DNA from: Podarcis muralis
Taxonomy: Eukaryota
Assembly (NCBI RefSeq): GCF_964188315.1
Contig: NC_135667.1
Span: forward strand, 22,320,001-22,384,000
Direction: 5' to 3'
Length of the DNA: 64,000 nt
In this document: positions 38,546-50,862 of the stretch, in pieces
How positions within the stretch are numbered: position 1 is the stretch's first letter
Layout of the letters: every line of letters starts with the position of its first letter
Notes under the pieces: generated by a model
Database searches by the model: none
The model's input: the letters and a program-made list of their open reading frames with translations, nothing else
What the model was told of the DNA's origin: nothing
Program-made: the position numbers and the translations under genes

Positions 38546-39406
38546 CTCATATATGGATCTGCACCACTGATGAATGATAAAACTCCAGGACTTTATTTCT
38601 ACCAGATGAGCCCCAAGGAAGACCTCCAGTATCAGGGGATTCTCTATTTCCTTCTGCATTTCAGATGGACATGGATTGGGATCCTTACCAGCAATGATGA
38701 ATATGGAGATAGATTTGTACAAACTGTAGTTCCACTTTTCTCCCAGAGTGGTATTTGTTTTGCCTTCACTGAAAGAACTCAGAAATTCACTTTTATCACA
38801 GAAGTTAATGCTTTGTTTAACAAGGGGGCAAAAATTCATGATAATATAATTAACAGCAAAGCCAATGCAGTTGTGGTCTATGGGGAATCGTATGCTGTGC
38901 CTTTTTTCAGATGGTTGCCGTACCTGTCAGAACAAGAACAAATGTCAAGTAAGCCAAATGGTAAAGTGTGGATTATGACAGGCCAGATGGAGCTAACATC
39001 ATTTGTGTATCAAAGGACTTGGGATACAAACATACTCCATGGGGCTCTCTCCTTCACAGCTCATTCTTGTGATCTACCAGGATTTCACAAATTTGTTGAG
39101 AACAAAAACCCTTCTAGCTCAAAAGGAGATGGTTTTATCATGGACTTCTGGCAACAGGCATTTGGTTGTGTATTCACAAATCAAGTTACTGGCAATGTGA
39201 AGGGAGATATCTGCACCGGGAAAGAGAGATTGGAGAATCTTCCTGGTCCTTTTTTTGAAATGAGCATGACCAGCCACAGCTACAACATCTACAATGCTGT
39301 TTATGTTGTGGCCCAAGCTTTGCATGCCATGTCTACATCCCAAGTCAAACACAGATCAATGGCAGGCTGTGGAGAACTGAAGCTTCAGAATCAACAGCTG
39401 TGGCGG
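38546..39406 (+). CDS. V2R-E exon 3
   Basis: 861 bp open frame, AG/GT. Confidence 0.94.
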
Positions 39407-40378
39407 GTAAGGGACTTAGCATCCTCATCTGCATTATTTGCCCTGACTCTTCACTGTGTACCACCGAAGAGGGGATGTTTGAAAATTGAAGTAGAAATCT
39501 ACAGCGAAAATGAAAATATGAGTTTTATTCCAGCTGAGTTCTAGTCTGTATTTTTCATTACACCTTCATCAAGATGTTTTTTACAGTTTTTAAAATAAAT
39601 TTTCTTCTCCACATTCCTCAGATAATGTGGCTATATTTGTGAAAAACCTATGTTTGTGTTTTTTTGCAAATAGGTCTGACTAGTATATACATTTTCCCAA
39701 GCAATTTCATCTAAATATAATATATATTCTTTTCACAAATGAACTGCACCGCAAAATTCAGAGAAGTGTGAATTGAGCAGGAAATTGGTGTTTCAGTTCA
39801 CATATTTGTTCACAGTTCACAAATTGGTTATCAAGATGCAGACAAAATTATATTTTTCCTCCACGCTTTCTTGTTGGAATTGTAAAAAGATTTTGAAATG
39901 TATAATTCCTTACAGGTACTGTACACTATTGTCCTATTTGTGTATGCAAGTTCTATGTACTCAAACCCTCTCTTGTACATTCTGTTTTATTTTTGAAGTA
40001 AAATCATGTATTTCTATATAGAATGTTCCATGAAGTTGAGTTATATTCAATGCCCATTTACTACCTGAAAGGACCCACACAAAAAAATTGGTCTACATTC
40101 TTTATGGGTAATGGTGAGTTCAAGGACCTCAGGATTTGCTTAGATACTGGGGTGTATGAACATATGAATTATATTTATTTGCGTATTTATTTATTATGAT
40201 TAAATACCATGGCATTTCCGTTCTCCTACCTAGTTTTCCAGTTTTCCTCCCTAACAAACAGTAAGCATTCTTTGGCTGCTAAATGTTCTCAGTCCTCATT
40301 GGGATGTTTGGGGGTTTGTACCCTCCTCAGTGTTTCCTTCCCTAAAGTCTTCTTTTGTACCTCTGCAAATCTTCCTGT

Positions 40379-40710
40379 TGTTGTTTAGTCGTTTAGTCAT
40401 GTCCGACTCTTCGTGACGCCATGGACCACAGCACGCCACGCACTCTTGTCTTCCACTGCCTCCCACAGTTTGGTCAAACTCATGTTGGTAACTTTGAGAA
40501 CACTGTCCAACCATCTTGTTCTCAGTCGTCCCTTTCTCCTTTTGCCCTCAATCTTTCCCAACATCAGGGTCTTTCCCAGGGAGTCTTCTCTTCTCATGAG
40601 GTGGCCAAAGTATTGGAACCTCAGCTTCAGAATCTGTCCTTCCAGTGAGCACTCAGGGCTGATTTCCTGAAGAATGGATACGTTTGATCTTCTTGCAGTC
40701 CATGGGACTC
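40379..40710 (-). mobile_element. 5'-truncated BovB (RTE) 3' end
   Basis: EGQILKLRFQYFGHLMRREDSLGKTLMLGKIEG; (CAA)n-type tail; matches 57830-58180. Confidence 0.9.
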
Positions 40711-41119
40711 TTGAGGCTCCCCCAAACCTGCTCATACCATCCTTTTGCACGTGGATGATGGATAAGGATCCATATTTACCTCCGAACCTGCAGTATAGAA
40801 AGAATGATATGTAAACCCACAGTGTATATACCATGAAACCCATGGAGCCATCACTTTCAATAACCTATCAGTGCTTTTATGGTTGTTTGTGCATTTTTGA
40901 AACAGGATGCCATAATTATTGACAATCTGTATTTGAAAATGAACTTCAAAAAGTGATACATTTGTGGCTTCAAACTTATATTTAAAGTCTGTCGTTTTCT
41001 AAGGGGGAAAGAAAAGAAAAAAGATGGCTTCTATCCAGAATGGATATTTAGAATCTCCAGCCTTAAATATGCAATGCAACATTATTCCTTCCTGAACTGC
41101 CATTTCCTTTTCAATCTAG

Positions 41120-41347
41120 CTCCATCATTTTCTGAGGCGTATCTCATTTAACAACAGTGCTGGGGACAAGATTTCCTTTGACCAGAATGGGGCAATTGTA
41201 GCTGGATTTGATGTCACCAACTGGATTGTTTTCTCAAATCAATCCTTTCAAAGAGTGAAAGTTGGGAAGATTGATCCCCAGCTTCCTCCAGACCAAGCAC
41301 TTGCTATCAGTGAGGATATCATAACATGGCACAACTGGTTTAACCAG
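41120..41347 (+). CDS. V2R-E exon 4
   Basis: 228 bp, AG/GT; LHHFLRRISFNNSAG...WFNQ (translated by hand). Confidence 0.93.
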
Positions 41348-42187
41348 GTAGGAGGTAATCATCAGCCATTTCGGAAGATTCCAATATTGAGTGAACACTC
41401 CTGAATAATATACAAATGTTATTTTGCTTAGCATTTTTCAGCCCTTATTAAAACTGTTAGCTGTTGTTGGGATTGAAAATAGCAGAAGCGGTTCTGCTGA
41501 CAAACTGTCAGAAGCAGTTGTCAAGGGCAGGGCAGCAATAACTCACAAGGTGCCCATGAAGTTAACTCTTTATTCAAAGAAACAAGATAGCTCCAAAGGC
41601 CAGGCCTAGTGTGCACAGCAACTAGTCCTGTTGGATCTTGCCCCTACGAGGCAGTTGCAGGGACTGAAGATCCCTATCTTCCCACAGTTCCTCCCCCCCC
41701 CCCGGTCTTTCCCAAGCAATCTGATACTTCATCACCTTGCCTGTCTCTGCTCTGCTCTCTTCGTCCCTCTTTTGTTCTGAGACCAGGGGGGATGGGAGAT
41801 GATTGCAGCAAGACCCCGGATTCTTCAATAGCCTGCCTCATCTCTCCCTTACCACTGACTTAAGAATAAAAATACAACTGCTGAATGAAGCAAGCTGCTA
41901 CAATAAATGATCTTTCAAACAACCATGTTAAAAGAAGAGGCTACCTTCTTTTAAATGCTTTTCAGCGATTCCATCTATTTTACATGGCTACAGGCATCTT
42001 CACTTCGTTAACAAGTCAGGTTGATCAATAAGCATGGCAAAACAAATCATTTCTTCAACAAGGACATTTTCCAGAATGTGCAATGCAATTATAATGTGCA
42101 ATGCAATTATAATGGCAATGTTGATACCCGTGTGGCATTTCAAGTGCACTTAAGAAGTTCCAGAGAAATTATGATGATATAAGACAG

Positions 42188-42556
42188 GGGTCATGATAGC
42201 TCAGTTGGTTGAAGTATAGTGCTGAAAATGCCAAGGTTGCAGGTTCGATCCTTGTATGGGACAGCTGCATATTCCTGCATTGCAGGGAGTTGCACTAGAT
42301 CAGGCATGTCCAAAGTCCATTTTGGGGGCCTAATCCGGCTCACCAGTCAGTTTAATCTGGCCCCTGTGGTAGTTTATTTCCTTGGGTAAAATCCTTAAAA
42401 AAGCTGAACTTCATTCTTTGAAAAAGGTCAACAACTTTGGTTGGCCCTTTGGTCGGCCCCCATGGCCCTTCAAATCTGGCCCTCTTTGAAAAAAGTTTGG
42501 ACACCACTGCACTAGATGATCCCCTGGGTCCCTTCCAACTCTCCATTTCTATGATA
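42188..42556 (+). mobile_element. tRNA-head SINE with a CR1-like tail, split by a hAT MITE
   Basis: TAGCTCAG A box, GGTTCGATCC B box and GGTCCCTTCCAACTC tail. The MITE at 42301-42509 has an 8-bp TSD CACTAGAT. Confidence 0.8.
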
Positions 42557-42878
42557 TGCTAATTCGTTCATCTGCTAATGAGCAGGATCTTCTCCTGTAA
42601 CAATGCAGATTTCTTTCTCCCCCACTGTCTGCTTAAAAAGAAATGTGGAGATCCTGAACTGCTAAGAAAGAAGTATGCCTATTATCTTAAAGTGCTTGAC
42701 AAAAGCTCTCTTTGGAAAACCGTCTGCCGCTCCCACAACAAATATCACTCAGATGGGAGGCTCAATCATGAGTGCAGGAACTGTCCTTTGCTACTTCAAA
42801 AATGTCTCAGAAACTTGAGGATTATGGCTATTATTATGCTGAGAATCGCATTTTCTCTCTCTTTCATTTCTGAATTAG

Positions 42879-43005
42879 ACACTGCCTAAATCTGTATGCT
42901 CCGACAGTTGTCATCCTGGTTCTAGCAAGAAAGTGAAAGAGGGGGCGCCATTTTGCTGCTATGACTGCACCCCATGTCCAGAAGGGAAGATTACAACCCA
43001 GGAGG
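42879..43005 (+). CDS. V2R-E exon 5
   Basis: 127 bp, cysteine-rich, AG/GT (translated by hand). Confidence 0.93.
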
Positions 43006-43804
43006 GTAAGAAATATATCTACAAATTTATATATGGTTTCCTAAAACAAAGAAAAACATCCACAGGAAACAATATATTCACCAAGGTTCTTGTTTCCAGT
43101 TTTTGAAACTTGGTAGAAAGATTTGGGTGGCAATGGACCTAATCTTTTAGTAAACATATTTTTACACACAGCTTCATTAATTTGATTATTATGGTTTTTT
43201 TTAAAAAAATCCTCTTAAAAATGTATGTAAATCTGCATTTTCTCTCAATATGTGTTTAGCAGTATCTATCCAAGTTCTTTTCAATTGTGCATTTACATTC
43301 ATAAAACTTATTTAGATGTATATTTTAAAACTTTAAGCTTCAGGTAATCGAGTCATAATATTTTGAGAAATCCAGCAAAGAGCTAACTTCCAATCTGCAC
43401 ATACAGAGGTTTGCTAAGATTGAATTATTTTTAATTTACTGATTAATAAGAGTGGGTTACTAGACACATAAGTATACAGTGACACATTCCCTCTATTATG
43501 CTTTATTGAGGGGGCTACAGAATATTGACTGGAAACCCTTGGTTAGTTCTTGATAATGTGAAGTCAATCAGGAAGCATTTCCAACCCTTCTGCATTTTCA
43601 CTCAGTTAATTATGTACTTCTGATTGGCTGCCTAAGCAGGATGGACTCCATCATTCACAATTCTAAATTTTAATTGTATATTCATGAAACCATTTTTTGT
43701 CTTTGTTTTTTAAATGGAATAAGAAAAAGAAATGAAGGAAAAGTTACGGTATGTTGAGGAAGCATCGTATTTTTGAGATTAATACAAAATATTTTCTTTT
43801 TCAG

Positions 43805-44706
43805 ATATGATTGACTGTTATAAGTGTGAAGACAAAAAATATCCAAACAGAAATAGGAATTTATGTATTCCCAAGAGTACAAGTTTCTTGTCCTATGAAG
43901 ACCCTTTGGGTATCAGTTTAACCTCTTTTGCTCTTTCCTTTGCTTTCATTACAGCACTTGTGCTGGGTACATTTATGAAGCACCATCACACTCCCATTGT
44001 CAAAGCCAACAACTGGATCCTGACCTACACTCTCCTCATTTCCCTCCTTCTCTGTTTCATTTGTGCATTGCTATTTATTGGCCAGCCTCAGGTGGTGACG
44101 TGTCTGCTCCGACAGACTGTTTTTGGCATAATCTTCTCAGTGGCTGTTTCCTGTGTGTTAGCAAAAACCATCACAGTGGTTCTGGCTTTCATGGCTACCA
44201 AGCCTGGATCCAGGATGAGGAAGTGGGTGGGGAAAGGAATGGCAAACTCTGTTGTTCTTTCCTGCTCCGTAATTCAATCAGCCATTTGTGCTATGTGGCT
44301 GGTGATTTCTCCTCCTTTCCCTGATGTTGACTTGAACTCAGTGGCTGGAGAAATTGTATTAGAATGTAATGAGGGGTCTGTGGCTATGTTCTACTGTGTT
44401 TTGGGCTACATGGGCTTTCTGGCTCTTGTGAGCTTCACTGTGGCTTTCTTTGCCAGAAAATTGCCTGATAGTTTCAATGAGGCCAAGTTTATCACTTTCA
44501 GCATGTTGCTATTTTGCAGTGTTTGGCTTTCTTTTGTCCCAACCTACTTGAGCATGAAGGGAAAATATGTGGTGGCTGTGGAGGTCTTCTCTATCTTGGC
44601 CTCCAGTGCTGGGTTGCTGGGTTGCATCTTTGCTCCAAAATATTACATTATTGTTCTGAGGCCTGAGCTGAACAGCAGGGATCTGCTAATAAGAAGGAAA
44701 ACATGA
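43805..44706 (+). CDS. V2R-E exon 6 (7TM)
   Basis: ttcag|ATATG acceptor, intact frame to TGA; 902 bp. Confidence 0.94.
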
Positions 44707-45251
44707 AAATTGTACAGATCTCTGTCATTTTTTAATGATCTGCTGTATAAAGGTTTGTCTGCATCAGTCCTCCATCTTTGGAAGCCCCAGGCTAAAATGG
44801 GTTGTAGTATCTTCAGAGAGGTGTCCAAATTTTCAATGTTTCTGTCTGCTGTCTTCATTAATGCACATTTCACTTTAGAAAAAAAAATGTTTTAATGCAG
44901 TTTTCATTTTGGCTCTATATACAGCATTCAGGTGTGGGTATCACTGTTCTGATGGTTTAAAAAATAGAGTAAAATCTCCATTTTGGTAACCACTATACTA
45001 AATTGGGCAACAATATTTTCAAATTTTCAAATCCAAGCACTTTTGAACATTTTGGTCCGTCATCTTTATTCAAAATGCCTTCCAAAAGTATCCAAACATA
45101 GAGTCAACCCAACCCCTTAATCTCAATACTCATCATGTCAAATTGGGCAATGATAACTCCAGAAGTATCCAAAACAGTACAGTTTGGAATGGTTTGTCTA
45201 GCACCTTTATTCAAAATGGCATATGATGCTTTCCAATGATTCATGAAAACT

Positions 45252-45324
45252 AGCTCAATGTGGGGCTCAAACCCATGACCCTGAGATTAATAGTCTCATG
45301 CTCTACCGACTGAGCCATCTCCAC
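45252..45324 (-). pseudogene. tRNA-Lys(CTT)-derived pseudogene or SINE head
   Basis: Reverse complement matches vertebrate tRNA-Lys-CTT, but the anticodon reads ATT, the B box is mutated and the acceptor stem is broken. Confidence 0.75.
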
Positions 45325-45451
45325 ACTGTCCCTTGTTGTCTAACTAAATGATTGAGAAATGCTATTTTAATATAACAAACAGTGACCACTAGAATAACCA
45401 ATAGGATGATATAGATATAAACCATGCAGCATTCAAAGTTTGGTACTCAGA

Positions 45452-46078
45452 ATGATATCATTGCTGGCTACACTTCTTGTACTACTTCCACCCATGGTGT
45501 GCAAATCTCACATCATTAAGTGCATGGTTGATGATCCACACTATCCACTTCATGAGTATCATCAGAAGGGAGACCTAATCATTGGAGCAATTGCTTCTCA
45601 GACCTTCATCATCTCTGAATCAATAACATTCAATGAAGAACCCCCACCAACATTGTTTGAAGAGCTTGCGTGAGGAGCTATCTTTTTAAAAACAATCACA
45701 AATTGATGTATAATTTAATCACTATTGTAGTTGATCTTAGCAGTGTAGGTTGCTATGAGAACTGTGATTTTTGGCTGGTGTTGTATGTATACAAAATGTA
45801 AAGGCAAATTACATATCACTTGTGTATCCCTAAGAGTATAAGTTTCTTGTCTTATGAAGAATCTTTGGGTCTTAGTTTAGCCTCTTTAGTTCTTTCTTTT
45901 TCAGTGATCACAGCTCTAGTGCTAGGAATACTCATGAATCACCACAACACTCCCATTGTCAAAGCCAAGAACCGGGATCTCACCTACATTCTTCTCATCT
46001 CTCTCCTGCTCTGCTTCCTTTGTGCATTTCTGTTTACTGGACAACCCCATAAGGCAACATGTCTCCTCCGACAAACTG
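45452..46078 (+). pseudogene. V2R-F collapsed pseudogene: intact exon 1 (45452-45669) plus an exon 6 fragment (about 45821-46078)
   Basis: Exons 2-5 are missing. The exon 6 piece lacks its acceptor and stops after CLLRQT, where half of a hAT-like MITE begins. Confidence 0.88.
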
Positions 46079-48328
46079 GAAAAAAATATGAACGAATTCC
46101 TATGCCCCACAAATAACCCAGAGATGCATTTTAAATAAAAGGACACATTCTACCAATGTAAAAACACACTGATTCCCGGACTGTCCACGGATTTAGAAGG
46201 CGATTGGGCTGGATCCGGCCCCTGGGCCTTAGTTTGCCTACCCATGGTGTATTCCTTGCATCAATTATTAAGGTTACCAGATTAATATCAATGAATCCTT
46301 AGGATGAATTTTTGCAGTCCCTGCTCACTTAGAGCTCTGTGGGAGCAGCATTTGCTGTGCAGCAAGGCGGCTTTCGGAGCTGCCGTGGGGGACACATTTA
46401 TTGCTCCCCCTTCCAACTGTGAGGTGAAGGTTTGTCAGAAGGACCAATCCAGTTGCAGGGGAAGGGGCAGATCAGGCCCACCACTTGTCAGTACTTAAGA
46501 GGGCAACCTCGAGGACTTCAGCATAAAATTATCAAATGAGTTTCTTTTCAGAATTGATGGGGTGCACCTATCAGCTGCAGGGAATGAGTTCTGGTAACAG
46601 GGTGTGGATAGAGGACTCAGGTTGTAGCCTGGCAATGTGGGGGTCCAGCTCAGATGGCAGATAAGTCATTGGGTTAGATCTTTAGCTAACTGGGTACCCT
46701 GTTAAAGGGGTCCATGAAAGATGTCTCTGTCCAGGAGCCCACATGGGGGCTAATGGACCATAGCACCGTTCTCAATGGTGACCCAAGCAGGGTTGATGCA
46801 CCTGGTCCATGTCAGGGGCGACTCCCCAGTTATGTGTTAAACCCCATTGTATTTATCAACTAGCAGGTGGGCTGCTTGATACTGAATTCATACCCAGTGT
46901 CTTGGCCTAAAGCTACCTACATCTGTCATGTGGCCCATTTCAACCCAGTGCCAATCTCCTATGTTTATTCCTATGTTTTCTGGTCCCTACCAAGCTTCAG
47001 GCAGCCTGTGATTATAACAAAAGGGAAAGGATTCAAGATCTTACCAAATGGATAAGAAAATATCTGGCAATGCCAAAACCATACCTTGCATTGCAAAACC
47101 AAAGCCATAATTTACACTGACCCCACCACTGTCGCCTCTGAGTGAATATCCTGGCAGCTTCCACTAAAACAGCTCTGTAATCCTCTATATTGTCTTACCA
47201 TCCCAGCCAACTCAATGTATTGGGTAGTGTATAAAAGGAATTCATCAAGGAAAGGGAGAATCAAGGCATCAGGCTATATTTATATTAATGACTTTCTAAT
47301 TTAATTATTATTATTTTTAATTCAGAAATGTATTTATGGTATCTGTTCATTTTTAAAAAGGCTTTCTTACTGACAGCTAAAAAAAGAATTGGAATGGATT
47401 GCAGATTAATACAGAAGCAATACCATAAAACAAAACAAAACAAAACAAAATAATGATTGCTAGTATAGTGCACTGGAATAGCTCATTTGGCAGCGCATGA
47501 GACTCTTAATCGATGTCTGTGTCCTGATGTTGTCATGTTAGTGTTAGCTAGCATGATGATATGTATCTTTACTTCAAAGACTCGAATGCCTACATATAGT
47601 AGATAAGAGTATTTAGCTTTGTCTTGTATCTGGAGACAATAAATACTTTATTACTCTGAACTGTTTGGGAGAAGAGTTTTCCCCTTATCTTGGGACTCTG
47701 GAAGAAGCTGTCTGCTAGGAGCTGCAAATCTCTGAAGACTTGGCTGGGGCTCTGCATACACTGCTTAACCTTGGTTAAGGTGTGGTGAACCACCCACTAC
47801 TTTTCACAAGTCACCAACAGGTGACAGTCAGTACTACCTACTTAGAAAGGATGCAAGTAAGAAAGCGGGTAGGCAGGACATAACTGAGGGATGATTGAGG
47901 TTGGTGGGGCAATGTTTCATGGACCTGTTTTGAAACAGGGCATGCCTTTGATCAAAACATTTTATTTCCTCTCTGGATTTCTTATTCTTTTGTAATTTCC
48001 CCAGTGTGTCACAACCTATTCAGGTACCCCATGGTATCTAACTGAGTGAAATAAACCAGTTAATTTTTGATTTAACACAAATATAATATATATTTCTCAG
48101 CAATTCCATAGAGTATGCACAATTTTATACTCACTGCTTTCCTCTTTCACAATGACTATAATTAAATATTCCAGTTGCAGTGGCCACAAACAAAACTAAT
48201 AACAGCCTTTGAAGAAAATTTCATAAAGATTGTGATCAGACAAGGATATATCAGCCTCATCTCTGACACTTTGTATTTTAGTTCTGAGCTTTAAGAGATG
48301 AAAATAGTGCTGTTGCCTGGTGTTAACA

Positions 48329-48546
48329 ATGGTGTTATTGCTTGCCTTGATTTTGTTATTGTTTCCACACATGGTAAGCAAAGCTCACATCATTAAGTGC
48401 ATGGTTGATGATCCACATGCTCCACTTCATCAGTATCATCAGCCAGGAGACCTCATCATTGGAGCCATTGCTTCCCAGGCTTTCATAATCTCCACTCGAA
48501 TCAGCTTCACTGAAGAACCCCCGCCACCTTTGTTTGAAGAGCTTAA
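48329..48546 (+). CDS. V2R-G exon 1
   Basis: ATG, signal peptide, GTAAGA donor; 218 bp. Confidence 0.93.
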
Positions 48547-49501
48547 GTAAGAGTTTAACTTATTCCTTTTTTAAAATTTTGAATTTGTTTTTTCTTCTTC
48601 TTTTCTGAAGTGAAGGGTACTAAGAGAGCACTGAAGGGTAATAAGAACATGGGAATGTTGTAAATAAAATAATTATTTTCATATGGATTTGACTCTTCAT
48701 TTTCTCTGCCAAATTCTTTGATTTGCAAATGTAAAAGTACTGGAAGAAGAATCTCTTGTTGCTGTTTATGCTAACAAGACCCTAATGCCCCCCCCCCCAT
48801 TAAAATAAGTGGCTAAGTTTCATTTGAAATATTTGTTCTTACTGGGAGCCAGAGAACACCTCTGACTTTCTGACTCCCTTATCTAGCATGTTATAGAAAG
48901 TTTATTCATGGTTGCAACCTTTCATCTTCTGCCTTCTGCTTTGTCTTCTCTGCTGTACATCTCTTTCAGCATATATGCAATATGTCATCACCATTCTCAT
49001 TCTTAACAATAATTCAGACTATCCTTTTATTTTCTGAGAGAAAATAATGAGCACTCCAAGGCATTATAAATATGTTTATGCATCCTAATCTTCATTGTTT
49101 GATGTTTTGAGGCATATCCCAATTCAGTCCTCCTAATCTTATCAAAATTATTTTTGCTCTTCTTCAATATCCTAGAGGAAAAGTTCATGTAGGCAATTAC
49201 ATGGCATCATCTTTTACTGCATCAGATAGCAGGTCCAATTATGCCAGCTTTTCTACTTTTGGTAGCTGCTCTCCCTGAACTGTGACACATAACTTTCCTG
49301 GTCCTGTTATTCACAAGGGGTCTGTAACTGAAGATGCTGTGAATTGAATCAATGACCATCTGTAGACAGTATATAAACCCTGCCTTAAGTTACAGTTCTT
49401 CTGCAGTCCTTCTCTTGCAATTTCATACCCCAACTTTTGGACGTGATTGATGGCAGTCTTGGGGATAATGAATAAAACTCCAGTTTAATCAATTTCAGCA
49501 A

Positions 49502-50251
49502 ACAGGATTATCTTCAAGGATGGTTTTGGTTGTGGGCAGGCCCACTACAGTCCCGTCCCCCCCGGCGTGGGGGGAGTTATGGCCTTTACGCCAGGGTGGC
49601 ACCATGATCACCCCAGGCTTCTTTTGGCCAATCGTGATTGAGTGAGGTGATCGTGGGGGGCATAAAAGCAGCAGTGCTTCACACTGCCAAACACCCACCC
49701 ACCCTCCCTTTTGTTTTAGCTGCCCTCTGGCCTTTCTTTGGACTTTGGTTGGTTGCCTGTCTTGGGACGGGGGTGGGTAGGAATTTTTCGATTTGGCGGA
49801 TTGGAGCTGGCCACTTGGTTTTTGCCTACTTCTCAGCAATTGTCACAACTTTGTAAGGTTTGGTGATTAGGCATTGGCTTATTGATGGGGGGGGGGAGGT
49901 CAGCCATTGGCTGCCACTCCATGTTCAAGGGTATTCCATTAAAGGAATCTGGGGCCTGGATCCTGTCTAAAGTCCGCTTGAGGGGCTAGGGCCATGCCAG
50001 GCCTCTGGGAACACCGAGGAGAGCTGCAGGCGGGTTCCCCCAATGTGGCTCCCTCATTGGTGCTTTACCCTTCCTGATTCCCTGCAAGGTGGGCAGGGGT
50101 CAGAGTTTATTGCAAAGGCCTAAGCCAAAACTGCTCACATTTGCTGTAATCAATAAAGTTGTGGCCTAAATTTTGCCCATTAACCTTAAACCTAAATCTG
50201 TCTCTGTGTGAATTTATTTCCTCTGGGGGGCTGGCTTGGGGGCCTTGACAC
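49502..50251 (+). mobile_element. Non-coding structured repeat, copy 2 (DIRS/Ngaro-like or LTR-like), in G intron 1
   Basis: Absent at the paralogous H site (TTCAGCAATTCCTGG); GCAA duplicated at 49498-49501 and 50252-50255. Confidence 0.7.
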
Positions 50252-50548
50252 GCAATTCCTGGAGTTACTGCTATGTCCTGGAACTTTTAATTAATCTTTC
50301 CCAAGAAGATGAAAAACAATACCCCACCTTCTGAAATGGTATTCACACCTCCCACCGTCAAACTAATGGTGCAAGTGAAAAAAGGACGTAACATTTTCAA
50401 AGTTCCATGGAGATGGAAAAGTTTAATAATATTTTTAAACTGATAGTAGTTACTATGCTTCATTTTGATATAGTATACAATACTTTTCCAACATTTGCAA
50501 TATCAGTGTGAAGTTTCCTTATGATTCAGAATACAACTTGCTTTCTAG

Positions 50549-50840
50549 TTCAATACCTAAGAATTATCAGCACATCCTGGCCTTGGCTTTTGCAGTAAAA
50601 GAGATCAATGAAAACTTTCACCTCTTGCCCAATATCACCTTGGGTTTCCACATCTATGATAACTATTATACTGATAAGTGGACCTACCATGCTACAATGC
50701 TGCTTATATACACCCTGGGAAGATTTGTTCCAAATTACCAATGTGATGTCCAAACAAACCTGATTGGAGTCATTGGGGGACTGGACCCCCCAACCTCACT
50801 TCAAGTGGCAAGACTGGTGGACATTTTCAAAATTCCACAG
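50549..50840 (+). CDS. V2R-G exon 2
   Basis: 292 bp, AG/GT. Confidence 0.94.
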
Positions 50841-50862
50841 GTATGCAATGTGTGTATGTTTT

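Noticed and set aside
45252-45324. Functional tRNA gene (also partial copies near 47475 and 57560)
   Set aside because: Mutated anticodon and B box, broken acceptor stem, or truncated.
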